A DNA stretch of 32,000 nucleotides. It comes from Synechocystis sp. PCC 6803 substr. PCC-P. Lineage in GTDB: Bacteria > Cyanobacteriota > Cyanobacteriia > Cyanobacteriales > Microcystaceae. Within the stretch, counting starts at the first letter, position 1. Each line of letters begins with the position of its first letter. Made by a program: the position numbers and the translations under genes. The DNA is taken from positions 3,060,001 to 3,092,000 of the forward strand of contig NC_017039.1 of NCBI RefSeq assembly GCF_000284455.1. The letters run 5' to 3'. Under the pieces are notes generated by a model. It saw only the letters and a program-made list of their open reading frames with translations, ran no database searches and was not told the origin of the DNA. This document shows, one piece after another, positions 1 through 8,108 of this stretch.

Positions 1-1350
1 TCAGCACTGACTGGCGAATCGGTGCCCGGCACAGTTAAGCCTGGAGATACCATTCTTGCAGGCATGATCAACCAATCGGGTGTGTTGACAATTCGAGTCA
101 CCAAACTATTTAGTGAATCTTCGATCGCCAAAGTGCTCGATCTGGTTGAAAATGCGTCTAGCAAAAAGGCATCCACCGAGAAATTCATCACCCAATTTGC
201 CCGCTACTACACTCCCGTTATCGTCTTTCTTTCGTTAGCCGTTGCCCTGTTACCACCTCTGTTCATCCCTGGGGCGGATCGAGCCGATTGGGTTTATCGT
301 GCCTTGGTTCTGTTGGTGATTTCCTGTCCCTGTGGATTGGTGATCAGCATTCCGCTCGGCTATTTTGGTGGCATTGGGGGAGCCGCCAAACATGGGATTT
401 TGATCAAGGGATCTACCTTTTTAGACTCCCTCACGGCCGTTAAAACCGTTGTGTTTGATAAAACTGGAACCTTAACCAAAGGCACATTTAAGGTTACTCA
501 GGTCGTTACCAAAAATGGATTTTCTGAATCAGAATTGTTAACCCTAGCCGCAAAAGCCGAATCCCATTCCACTCATCCCATTGCCCTATCGATCCGCGAA
601 GCTTATGCCCAGTCGATCGCTGACTCTGAAGTGGCCGACTACGAAGAAATTGCTGGGCATGGCATTCGAGCCGTTGTGCAAAATCAAGTCGTCATTGCGG
701 GCAATGATCGCCTTTTGCATCGAGAAAAAATCGATCATGATACCTGTGACGTAGCCGGTACAGTGGTTCATCTCGCCGTAGATGGGCGCTATGGGGGCTA
801 TATTCTGATTGCCGACGAAATTAAGGAAGATGCGGTTCAAGCGATTCGAGACCTAAAACGCATGGGAGTTGAAAAGACCGTGATGCTGACCGGGGATAGT
901 GAAATAGTAGCTCAATCCGTTGCCCAGCAAATTGGTTTAGATGCCTTTGTTGCTGAATTATTGCCAGAAGAAAAAGTCGATGAAATTGAGCAACTGCTAG
1001 ATCCTTCAGGTAAAGCAAAACTGGCATTTGTAGGAGATGGTATTAATGATGCCCCCGTGATTGCCCGAGCCGATGTCGGTATAGCCATGGGGGGATTGGG
1101 CTCCGATGCTGCCATTGAAACAGCGGACGTGGTGTTGATGACCGATGCGCCCTCGAAGGTGGCCGAAGCGATTCATGTGGCCCGCAAAACTCGTCAAATT
1201 GTTGTACAGAACATTGTCCTAGCCCTAGGGATTAAAGCACTTTTTATCGCCCTGGGCACCATTGGCTTGGCAACCCTCTGGGAGGCGGTGTTTGCGGATG
1301 TGGGAGTAGCACTGTTAGCGATTTTGAATGCTACTCGGATTGCTAAGTAA
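1..1350 (+). CDS. ziaA: P1B-type heavy-metal (Zn/Cd-class) transporting ATPase, C-terminal ~450 aa; 5' end lies outside the window
   Basis: The frame is open from nt 1 (SALTGESVP). Motifs seen: CPC membrane metal motif (VISCPCGLV), DKTGT phosphorylation site (VFDKTGTLT), HP motif (STHPIA), GDGINDAP hinge. The symbol rests only on remembered synteny with copMRS in PCC 6803. Confidence 0.85.
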   Translation, partial: SALTGESVPGTVKPGDTILAGMINQSGVLTIRVTKLFSESSIAKVLDLVENASSKKASTEKFITQFARYYTPVIVFLSLAVALLPPLFIPGADRADWVYRALVLLVISCPCGLVISIPLGYFGGIGGAAKHGILIKGSTFLDSLTAVKTVVFDKTGTLTKGTFKVTQVVTKNGFSESELLTLAAKAESHSTHPIALSIREAYAQSIADSEVADYEEIAGHGIRAVVQNQVVIAGNDRLLHREKIDHDTCDVAGTVVHLAVDGRYGGYILIADEIKEDAVQAIRDLKRMGVEKTVMLTGDSEIVAQSVAQQIGLDAFVAELLPEEKVDEIEQLLDPSGKAKLAFVGDGINDAPVIARADVGIAMGGLGSDAAIETADVVLMTDAPSKVAEAIHVARKTRQIVVQNIVLALGIKALFIALGTIGLATLWEAVFADVGVALLAILNATRIAK

Positions 1351-1376
1351 AGTGCATTGACAGTATCCATACCCTG

Positions 1377-2753
1377 TTAGGTGAGATTTTTGGTACACTC
1401 TCGGGACTGTTGGTATGGTGGCGGACATATTGATAAGCGAATGGTGAATAAACTTCCCTGACCCAATTCACTCTCTACAGTCAAAACACCTTGATGCTTA
1501 ACGGCGATCGCCTGGGCAATGGCAAGGCCTAATCCTGCCCCTCCCCGTTGTCGAGACCGGGCCGTGTCCACCCGATAAAAACGGTCAAAAACCCGGCTTT
1601 GATTCTCCGAAGCAATGCCAATGCCCGTATCTTGGACTTTGATGATGGCTTGCTGTTTATCGGTCTCAAGCATGACGGTTACCTCGCCCCCCGTTGGGGT
1701 GTAGTGAATGGCATTACTGATTAAATTACCCACCAAACGATAAAGCTGTTCTTCTTCTCCCCTGACCCAGATATTTGCTTGATTGTCTAACTTCGCAGAT
1801 AACAATACCCCAGCGGCGATCGCCAAACTGGCAAATTCTTCGGTTAAATCTTCAACTAAATCATTGAGACAACAAAGGGTAAACTGGGTCGGATTAACTG
1901 TTGTTAAATCCATGCGGGAGAGGAGTAATAAATCATGGATTAAATGGCTGAGACGATAATTTTGTCGTTTTAAGGTTTGCAAGGTGCTATGGGTTTCTTC
2001 AGCATTAGGTTCTGCATTTAATGTCGTTTCCAACGTTGCCTGAATCGCCGTAATCGGTGTACGTAATTCGTGGGCAATATCAGCGGTGAACTGCTGGATT
2101 TGTTGGTAGGAACGATAAACCGGCTCCATGGCTAAGCCTGCTAACCACCAACTAGCACCACCGACCACAATCATCACAATGGGTAAACCCCAAACTAAAA
2201 AGCCTTGGATCGTGTGCAAATGATGGTCATATTCCACCAAGGAGCGCCCCACCTTTAAATAGCCCCAAGGTTCACCAGTGGTGGTTTTTAACAGCAAAGA
2301 AACTTGGTGATAGCGGTTCCCTTTTTGATCCGTTAATGGTTTTTGACGGGTGGTTTCCCGCTCAAAGGCTAAGCCTGGGGGATTTTCCCCTGCCGTTGCT
2401 AATAATTGACCGTTTAAGTCCAAAAACCGGACATAATAGCCCGGCTGTTGGGTTGCGTTGAGAATATGCCTCCGTTGAGGCGACCTAGGGCAAGCTACTG
2501 TACCTAAGCAAAGATTAGGCAAAATTTGTTTAACTGAGGGCTCTAACTGCCCTGGTTGTTGTAATAGTGGTTCCAATCCATCATGGAGAGTCCCCGCTAG
2601 GGAAGTAAGCTCTTGATCCAGCGATCGCCAATGATCCTGGGAAGTCATTTCATAGACCGCTAGGCCACAAAGACCCAAAATTAGCCCCATGACCCCAGCG
2701 TAATAACTGGCTAAACGCCAACGGGATAGATTGAATAATCTATTGTTCTGCAT
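1377..2753 (-). CDS. copS: Copper-responsive sensor histidine kinase (CopS/Hik31-like)
   Basis: 458 aa. Two TM segments flank a periplasmic loop. H-box IAHELRTPITAI, N-box LISNAIHYT, G-boxes VQDTGIGI and GGAGLGLAIA. 14-nt overlap with the upstream response regulator gene. Confidence 0.85.
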   Translation of the reverse strand: MQNNRLFNLSRWRLASYYAGVMGLILGLCGLAVYEMTSQDHWRSLDQELTSLAGTLHDGLEPLLQQPGQLEPSVKQILPNLCLGTVACPRSPQRRHILNATQQPGYYVRFLDLNGQLLATAGENPPGLAFERETTRQKPLTDQKGNRYHQVSLLLKTTTGEPWGYLKVGRSLVEYDHHLHTIQGFLVWGLPIVMIVVGGASWWLAGLAMEPVYRSYQQIQQFTADIAHELRTPITAIQATLETTLNAEPNAEETHSTLQTLKRQNYRLSHLIHDLLLLSRMDLTTVNPTQFTLCCLNDLVEDLTEEFASLAIAAGVLLSAKLDNQANIWVRGEEEQLYRLVGNLISNAIHYTPTGGEVTVMLETDKQQAIIKVQDTGIGIASENQSRVFDRFYRVDTARSRQRGGAGLGLAIAQAIAVKHQGVLTVESELGQGSLFTIRLSICPPPYQQSRECTKNLT

Positions 2754-3438
2754 GGGTTGGATGGGGCTGAAAACGATACCCTAAGCCATACACGGTTTCA
2801 ATGAGATTGCCATGGCTATACTCCTCTAATTTTCGCCGGAGCAAACGCACCTGGGCCGCTACGACATTACTGGTAGATTCCGCCGACAGCGCCCACAGTT
2901 GATTTTTAATCTGTTCACTACTAAGAATTTGCTGGGGATGTTTCATGAAGTATTCCAAAAGCTGGAACTCCTTGGCTGTGAGGGTAATTCTTGCTTGCTC
3001 TGGGGTTACTACCGCAAAAGTTCCATAATCCAACCACCATTGCCCCACCTGTAACTGCTGGGGTTGCAATTCTGGCGATCGCCGTTGCAAAGAACGTAAA
3101 CGAGCTAATAGTTCCGCCATGCCAAAGGGCTTGATTAAATAATCATCGGCCCCTGCATCTAAACCCTCAACCCGATCTGCAATTTGATCCTTCGCTGTCA
3201 GCATTAGAATCGGTAAAGAACTCCTTTGGCCCCGGAGTTTTTGACACAATTCCAACCCTGATAACCCCGGCACCATCCAATCAAAAATAGCCAGGGTATA
3301 GTTCACCCAGCCCTGGTCTAAATAGCTCCAGGCTAGGTTGCCGTCCTGCACCCAATCAACTACGTAATTTTCGCGACGGAGAGCTTTTTCCAGCGCCATT
3401 CCTAGATCAGGCTCATCCTCCACCAGCAACAGTCTCAT
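2740..3438 (-). CDS. copR: OmpR/PhoB-family response regulator (CopR/Rre34-like)
   Basis: 232 aa. Receiver domain (LLVEDEPDL, AIFDWMVPGLSG, LIKPF) plus a winged-helix C-terminus (TVYGLGYRF). Lies 6 nt downstream of copM. Confidence 0.85.
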   Translation of the reverse strand: MRLLLVEDEPDLGMALEKALRRENYVVDWVQDGNLAWSYLDQGWVNYTLAIFDWMVPGLSGLELCQKLRGQRSSLPILMLTAKDQIADRVEGLDAGADDYLIKPFGMAELLARLRSLQRRSPELQPQQLQVGQWWLDYGTFAVVTPEQARITLTAKEFQLLEYFMKHPQQILSSEQIKNQLWALSAESTSNVVAAQVRLLRRKLEEYSHGNLIETVYGLGYRFQPHPTHAEQ

Positions 3439-3444
3439 GCTTCC

Positions 3445-4035
3445 TCACTGACCATACCAGTTTTGATACCATTGCTTCATTTGCTTAATTTCCGCACTTT
3501 GGGAGCGGATAATGTCATCCATCAATTTATCCATCTCCGGCCGTTCCGTATTGGTTTTTAAATTGCTAGCCATCATCACTGCCATTTGATGGTGGGGAAT
3601 CATCTGACGAATAAATTCCCGGTCAAAGTTTTGGGCGGTGGCCAAAGCCTCTAAATCCATCGCCATCATGCCGTGACCTTGGTGCATTCCCATCATTCCC
3701 TGGCTCGACAAAGCAGGCACTGGTCGTTTAAACCATTGCTGATACCAGGTTTTCATTTCTTTAATTTCCCTTTCCTGGTCTCGGATAATATTCCGTGCCA
3801 ACTTTTTGAGTTCAGGATGTTCGGCTTTTTGTAGAGCCATCTCCGCCATATCAATGGCATCTTGATGGTGGGGAATCATCATTTCGATAAAACTTTGGTC
3901 TGTCCATTGCATGTGCATGCCTTGTTGGGCCATCATCTGCGGTGGAGATTGATTGCGATAAACCGCTGTTACCCCAGCCGCTGAACCACTGAGGAGTAGT
4001 CCTGCCAACCCATATATCCAGAATTGATTACCCAC
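3445..4035 (-). CDS. copM: Periplasmic copper-binding DUF305 protein (CopM-like)
   Basis: 196 aa. GTG start with AGGAGG 11 nt upstream. N-terminal hydrophobic signal/anchor. Two DUF305 repeats (MIPHHQDAIDMA, MIPHHQMAVMMA). Met/His-rich linker QGMMGMHQGHGMMAM. Confidence 0.85.
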   Translation of the reverse strand: MGNQFWIYGLAGLLLSGSAAGVTAVYRNQSPPQMMAQQGMHMQWTDQSFIEMMIPHHQDAIDMAEMALQKAEHPELKKLARNIIRDQEREIKEMKTWYQQWFKRPVPALSSQGMMGMHQGHGMMAMDLEALATAQNFDREFIRQMIPHHQMAVMMASNLKTNTERPEMDKLMDDIIRSQSAEIKQMKQWYQNWYGQ

Positions 4036-4085
4036 GGGAATGCTTACCTCCTATTCCTTCTCTAATTCCAGTCTGGCAAAGCAAA

Positions 4086-4103
4086 ATGAAATCAGGATGA
4101 AAT
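4086..4103 (-). promoter_or_regulatory. Direct repeat ATTTCAT-N4-ATTTCAT (11-bp period) upstream of copM; candidate CopR (OmpR-family) box
   Basis: The minus strand reads ATTTCATcctgATTTCAT, ending 50 nt upstream of the copM GTG. OmpR/PhoB regulators bind direct repeats spaced one helical turn apart. Binding has not been shown here. Confidence 0.45.
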
Positions 4104-4256
4104 TTAGAGCTCATTTATAAAGTCTTGTAATGGATAGCAAGTAGGAGAAGAAAAAAAGGAAAACTAAGAGTAAGAGCAGAAGGAGACAAAGAGCATGAAA
4201 AGTCGACAGCCTATGAAACAGACCTGAGCGATGCAGAATGGGCAATAGTTGAATCA

Positions 4257-4580
4257 ATGATTCCTCCCGCAAAGCCCGGAGGACACCCACGAACCACAGA
4301 TATGCGAGCGGTTTGTAATGGTATTTACTACCAACTAAAAACGGGTTGTCAATGGGCAATGTTACCCCATGACTTTCCTCCTAGTAGCACGGTCTATAGC
4401 TATTACCGTAAATGGCAACGTCATGGCGTGTGGGAAAGGCTCAATCTAAGGCTGCTGGAGCAATGCCGCCTCCAGAGTGGCAAGAGCCTTCAACCTAGCG
4501 TAATAGCGGCAGATAGCCAATCGGTAAAAACCACCGAAAAAAGGGGGAAGTCTACGGTTTTGACGGAGGTAAGAAGGTGA
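4257..4580 (+). CDS. IS transposase OrfA (N-terminal DUF4096-type HTH part)
   Basis: Contains LSDAEWAIVESMIPP...GGHPRTTDMRAVCNGIYYQLKTGCQWAMLP, typical of IS5/IS1031 transposase N-termini. The frame is open upstream to about 4161 without an in-frame ATG. Confidence 0.8.
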   Translation: MIPPAKPGGHPRTTDMRAVCNGIYYQLKTGCQWAMLPHDFPPSSTVYSYYRKWQRHGVWERLNLRLLEQCRLQSGKSLQPSVIAADSQSVKTTEKRGKSTVLTEVRR

Positions 4581-5005
4581 AAGGACGAAAGTGTCACCTA
4601 ATCGTCGATAGTCTGGGCTTAGTCTTAAAAGTGATAGTGACCGAAGCAAATGCAAGTGAACGCATCGTCACAGCTTATGCTCTGATGAGTTTGCTTGAAG
4701 AAGGAACTCAACTCCTCGAGTCTGTCAAGAGCATGTTAGTAGACCAGGGTTATCGAGGTGATACCTTTGGGTTAGCCATCTGGCTCTTAATTCAAGCCAA
4801 AGTCCAGGTGATTAGTCGTTCAGGGAAGTCTTTTGAGATCTTACCAAAAATATGGATTGTCGAGAGGACGTTCGGTTGGCTGAACTGGTATCGTCGTTTG
4901 AGTAAGGATTATGAGCATCTACCAGAAATGAGCGAAGCGGCTATTTATGCCGTGATGACTCCCATTATGTTGCGTCGTCTTTCTGCTACTTCTACCACTT
5001 TATAA
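4577..5005 (+). CDS. IS transposase OrfB (DDE catalytic part), in the -1 frame relative to OrfA
   Basis: Contains KGRKCHLIVDSLGL...DQGYRG...VERTFGWLNWYRRLSKDYE (DDE_Tnp_1 signature). This frame is open from 4517 and overlaps OrfA across an A6G run at 4537-4543. Confidence 0.8.
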   Translation: MKGRKCHLIVDSLGLVLKVIVTEANASERIVTAYALMSLLEEGTQLLESVKSMLVDQGYRGDTFGLAIWLLIQAKVQVISRSGKSFEILPKIWIVERTFGWLNWYRRLSKDYEHLPEMSEAAIYAVMTPIMLRRLSATSTTL

Positions 5006-5013
5006 ATGGGCTC

Positions 5014-5139
5014 TTAGGGCACTTTTCATCAAGCCCATTTCCCTTGCCACTTGGCTTATGGGCTTTCCAGATTGTTCTACTATTTTTACTGCTTCTGATT
5101 TTTGCTCCTTTGTAAATTGTCGTCTTGTTTTTTCGTCAT
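5014..5139 (-). pseudogene. Relic of an IS3-family orfA (HTH_Tnp_1-type) N-terminus, frameshifted and truncated
   Basis: The minus strand reads ATG ACG AAA AAA, then one frame over EKTRRQFTKEQKSEAVKIVEQSGKPISQVAREMGLMKSAL. This fits the RRxFTxExKxEAVKxVxxSGxxISxVARExG pattern of IS3/IS911 OrfA proteins. One extra A in the A6 run (5128-5133) would join the ATG to this frame. The similarity stops near the IS5-type insertion. Confidence 0.55.
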
Positions 5140-5185
5140 TTGAACATTCTCCTTGATTTTCGACTCTTTGAATGTGTCCATTTTT

Positions 5186-5476
5186 TCAGTCATGGTCAAT
5201 ATTTTGGATAGTGACTTTGGGATCGGGATTGTGACTAAAACACTCTGCTTTTGTTTCAATTTTTTTGAGTTGGGCGATCGCCATCGAGCAGGGTCTGCCA
5301 TAGACTTGCCGTACCCGTTCACTGGCAAGGGTTAAAGATTTCTGTGATCGCTGCACAAAATCTGCCAATTCGTAGGTTTGACCAGACTGAAAATATTGAT
5401 TGACCACTGTGGAGGGTGAATAAAACTGATCCTCTGAACCATCGGGCCAAACGATGTCAAATGTAACTTCGGGCAT
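5186..5476 (-). CDS. Small Nit1C-cluster protein (MSMEG_0570-family nitrogen-starvation response protein)
   Basis: 96 aa. Starts 3 nt after the stop of the AIR-synthase-like gene. Size and position match the conserved small ORF of Nit1C clusters. Family assignment is from memory of the cluster architecture. Confidence 0.65.
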   Translation of the reverse strand: MPEVTFDIVWPDGSEDQFYSPSTVVNQYFQSGQTYELADFVQRSQKSLTLASERVRQVYGRPCSMAIAQLKKIETKAECFSHNPDPKVTIQNIDHD

Positions 5477-5479
5477 TGT

Positions 5480-6448
5480 TTATGAATCTCCGGTAAAGCC
5501 AGTGAGGGGGTTTTGCTGCAAATCCCAAAATAGTTGGGACTCTGAACCTAGTTTAAGGGTGAGATTATGACCCGGTTGTATCGTGGCGATCGCCTCTGCT
5601 ATTAAACCTTCAGCCTGAAAACAAGCCTTGACCGTTTTGACGAACTGAGGACGCACGCTCAGCAAAAAACCATAACTCGGAAAACTAAGTAGCCATTGCC
5701 TAAAATCTAGACCCGCCGGACAGGAAATGGCATCAAGGTCGAGGATTGCGCCACATTTTGATGTTTCTAAAAGCATTAATGCTGTACCAATAATGCCGCC
5801 CATACTGACATCTTTCCCCGCATCACATAGCTTGTTTTCGGCCAGGTAGGGTAAAAGATCCCAGTGTTTTTGCAAAGTTTCTGTTTCTGCCATCGTTGCT
5901 GCATCCCAGCAATAGGGCGCATTGGGTCGCGGTTTGCCTTGAAAATTGCTTACAAGAATCAGGCGATCGCCTACCTGGGCATCAAAGCTGGTGATTAAAG
6001 ACTTTGCCCGACCTAAAATCGCCACTCCCAAGGCATCATAACCACTGTGGGTATTGGTATGGCCGCCCACAATGGGCACATTAAATCGAGCCGAAGCGGC
6101 TTGCATCCCTGCCCAAATTTGCTGAGCTTGGTCAGAAGACTTACTCCATAGGGCATCCACCACGGCGATCGGCCTGCCCCCCATGGCATAAATATCACTG
6201 ACATTGACCAAAACACTGCACCACCCTGCAAACCAAGGATCTTGGGTAATTAAACTGGGAGCCATCCCCTCAGCCGCAAGGAGTAGATAGCCATTCTCGT
6301 CTGGAATTGCAGCGCAATCATCACCTAATCGAATCGCCTCACCATCCCCGATCAATCGCTGTTGACCTTGACGGGATGCCAATTGAATATCCTGCTTGTG
6401 CAAAATGCCAAGGGTTTGCTGTAGTTCAATAATTAAGTCAGTTAACAT
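5480..6448 (-). CDS. AIR synthase (PurM/ThiL/HypE superfamily)-like protein, Sll0787-type
   Basis: 322 aa. N-terminal GDDCAAI motif and GGHTN motif typical of the PurM ATP-grasp-like superfamily. 9-nt gap to the upstream GNAT gene. Confidence 0.8.
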   Translation of the reverse strand: MLTDLIIELQQTLGILHKQDIQLASRQGQQRLIGDGEAIRLGDDCAAIPDENGYLLLAAEGMAPSLITQDPWFAGWCSVLVNVSDIYAMGGRPIAVVDALWSKSSDQAQQIWAGMQAASARFNVPIVGGHTNTHSGYDALGVAILGRAKSLITSFDAQVGDRLILVSNFQGKPRPNAPYCWDAATMAETETLQKHWDLLPYLAENKLCDAGKDVSMGGIIGTALMLLETSKCGAILDLDAISCPAGLDFRQWLLSFPSYGFLLSVRPQFVKTVKACFQAEGLIAEAIATIQPGHNLTLKLGSESQLFWDLQQNPLTGFTGDS

Positions 6449-6457
6449 AACCGAGAT

Positions 6458-6976
6458 TTAAGAAACCTGCAATAAAGCAAGATCGAGCTTCGGTCGACTA
6501 TAGACCACGGGGGGATAAAAATCTAAGTCCGCTTCCATTAAATGATGGGGGCGATCGCAGATCTCAATTTCCTGAAGGGAATGCCAATGTTGTCGCTGAA
6601 AAAAACGCACATTTTGCAATTGCACCGTCGCGAAAAACTTAGTACAACCCCAACCATGGGCAGCGGTAACAGCTTTATAAATCAAACCCTTGCCAATGCG
6701 ACCCACTCGCCGGTAATTTTGATGTACTCCTAGCCGACCGCCATACCAGACATTCGGTTCATTTTCATAAATCCGCACCGCACCTACTACTGTAGGTTTA
6801 CCAGGAGTCTCCGTATCTAGGGCAACAATTGGATAGGCAAACTGATCCGTCTCATCAAAATCATGTCCGGCAAAAATGCCCTGTTCCTCACAAAAAATTG
6901 CTCTGCGTAGGGCAAAATACCCTTGAATTTCTGCCGCAGATTCTGCCAGTTCAAACTGAAAACGATTGTTTGACAT
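6458..6976 (-). CDS. GNAT N-acetyltransferase, Sll0786/MSMEG_0567-type
   Basis: Acetyl-CoA motif YRRVGRIGKGL. I prefer the internal ATG (MSNNRFQ, 6976). The track ORF start at 7036 would overlap the radical SAM gene by 47 nt. Confidence 0.8.
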   Translation of the reverse strand: MSNNRFQFELAESAAEIQGYFALRRAIFCEEQGIFAGHDFDETDQFAYPIVALDTETPGKPTVVGAVRIYENEPNVWYGGRLGVHQNYRRVGRIGKGLIYKAVTAAHGWGCTKFFATVQLQNVRFFQRQHWHSLQEIEICDRPHHLMEADLDFYPPVVYSRPKLDLALLQVS

Positions 6977-6989
6977 CGTAAAAAGCTCT

Positions 6990-8078
6990 CTATTTTGCAA
7001 ATGTTGATAATGCTGAACAAGCGCCACATTTCGCACAGCCGGCCTTCATATCTACTGAAGAAATCTGCGATTGCTTAATGATTGTGCCGACCCTCTGATA
7101 CAGGGCAAACATAAAATCACTGTCCGGCGCAGGGTGATTTGCTAAAGGTGTTTCGGAAATGGGGACGAAGGGAACAACAAAAGGGTAAACGCCCATATTG
7201 ACCAGCTTTTCCGAGGCTTCTACCAAAGTTTCAAAGCTATCTCCCAGCCCTGCTAAGAGATAGGTGCTGACCTGTCCCCAACCGAAGACTTTAACGGCGG
7301 CTTCGTAAGCTTCGTAATAGTAGGAAACTGGAACCTCGGCTTTTCCGGGCATAATTTTGGCACGAACATCCGGATCAACCGCTTCGAGATGCATTCCCAA
7401 ACTATCGACGCCAGCGGCTTTCATGCGCTCGAACCAAATAAAATCATCGGGGGGTTCACACTGGGCCTGAATGGGAATATTGACCCGCGCTTTAATGGCT
7501 GCTGCACATTTTGTAAGGTAGGCTGCACCACGATCGCCTGAATTGGGTGTCCCCGTTGTCATGATCACCTGTTCGATACCGTCTAACCGGACTGCGGCTT
7601 CTGTGACCTCGGCTAACTGCTCCGGTAATTTACGGGTGATCGTGCGACCTGCATCAAGGGATTTTTCTATGGCGCAAAATTGACAAACAGTGGACTCATC
7701 GCGATAACGTATACAGGTTTGCTGAACCGTCGTCGCTAAAACATTGTTGCTGTGCAGTAGCGCAATGTGCGAATAGGGAATACCATCTGCTGTCTTCAAA
7801 TCATAGAATTTAGGTTGACGGGGCAGGGCGATCGCCGCAATCTCTTCGTCCCCTTTGCTCAAAACCGTCTTTGGGGGCATGGATGCAAGGTTGATACTGT
7901 AGGGCGATGCCGCAGCGGTGGAAGTATAGATTGGCACCATCACCGTCGTCCCATCCACCGTCACTGCCCGATGATCTGAAGGCCCTGCACCGCCTTTGCG
8001 CCCAAGATCTTTGGCATTTGGATCCACCAGTCGCAACCCTTTGGATTGCAGTTCTGTGATGAGACGTTGCTTATTCAT
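6990..8078 (-). CDS. Radical SAM protein, MSMEG_0568-type
   Basis: 362 aa. Cys triad C122-X9-C132-X2-C135 (TCIRYRDESTVCQFCAIEK). TIM-barrel-like GGE-type region (IMTTGTP). C-terminal CAKCGAC. Confidence 0.8.
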   Translation of the reverse strand: MNKQRLITELQSKGLRLVDPNAKDLGRKGGAGPSDHRAVTVDGTTVMVPIYTSTAAASPYSINLASMPPKTVLSKGDEEIAAIALPRQPKFYDLKTADGIPYSHIALLHSNNVLATTVQQTCIRYRDESTVCQFCAIEKSLDAGRTITRKLPEQLAEVTEAAVRLDGIEQVIMTTGTPNSGDRGAAYLTKCAAAIKARVNIPIQAQCEPPDDFIWFERMKAAGVDSLGMHLEAVDPDVRAKIMPGKAEVPVSYYYEAYEAAVKVFGWGQVSTYLLAGLGDSFETLVEASEKLVNMGVYPFVVPFVPISETPLANHPAPDSDFMFALYQRVGTIIKQSQISSVDMKAGCAKCGACSALSTFAK

Positions 8079-8108
8079 GTCGCTGGGATAATCCTTAAAT
8101 TTTTGTAC

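Larger units (their letters stand above)
4107..5013 (+). mobile_element. Complete 907-bp IS5-superfamily (IS1031/IS427-like) insertion sequence, possibly ISY802-type
   Basis: Terminal inverted repeats GAGCTCATTTATAAAG (4107-4122) and GAGCCCATTTATAAAG (complement of 4998-5013) match at 15 of 16 positions. Flanking 3-bp direct repeat TTA (4104-4106 and 5014-5016). Two overlapping transposase ORFs lie inside. The element name is from memory only. Confidence 0.85.

Noticed and set aside
586-1197. Four minus-strand ORFs (63-84 aa) inside the P-type ATPase gene
   Set aside because: They are antisense shadow frames within a strongly supported CDS. They show no recognisable motifs or ribosome-binding sites.
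4111-4359. 82-aa minus-strand ORF with a poly-Leu/Phe tract
   Set aside because: It lies antisense across the IS left end and the transposase 5' region. Its low-complexity translation comes from the purine-rich plus strand, so it is not a credible gene.
5004-5065. Complementarity between the IS right end (AAATGGGCT) and flank (AGCCCATTT), plus an AAGCCCAT/ATGGGCTT inverted repeat; considered as a solo IR, a MITE, or the Nit1C operon terminator
   Set aside because: The flank sequence is explained as coding relic of the IS3-type orfA (GKPISQVAREMGL). No U-tract follows the stem on the transcribed strand, and similarity to the IS end stops after about 10 nt.
5086-5335. Two overlapping ORFs (80 aa minus strand, 60 aa plus strand) at the 3' end of the MSMEG_0570-like gene
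   Set aside because: They overlap a better-supported gene. The lysine-rich tail of the 80-aa ORF is the out-of-frame reading of the IS3 orfA relic.
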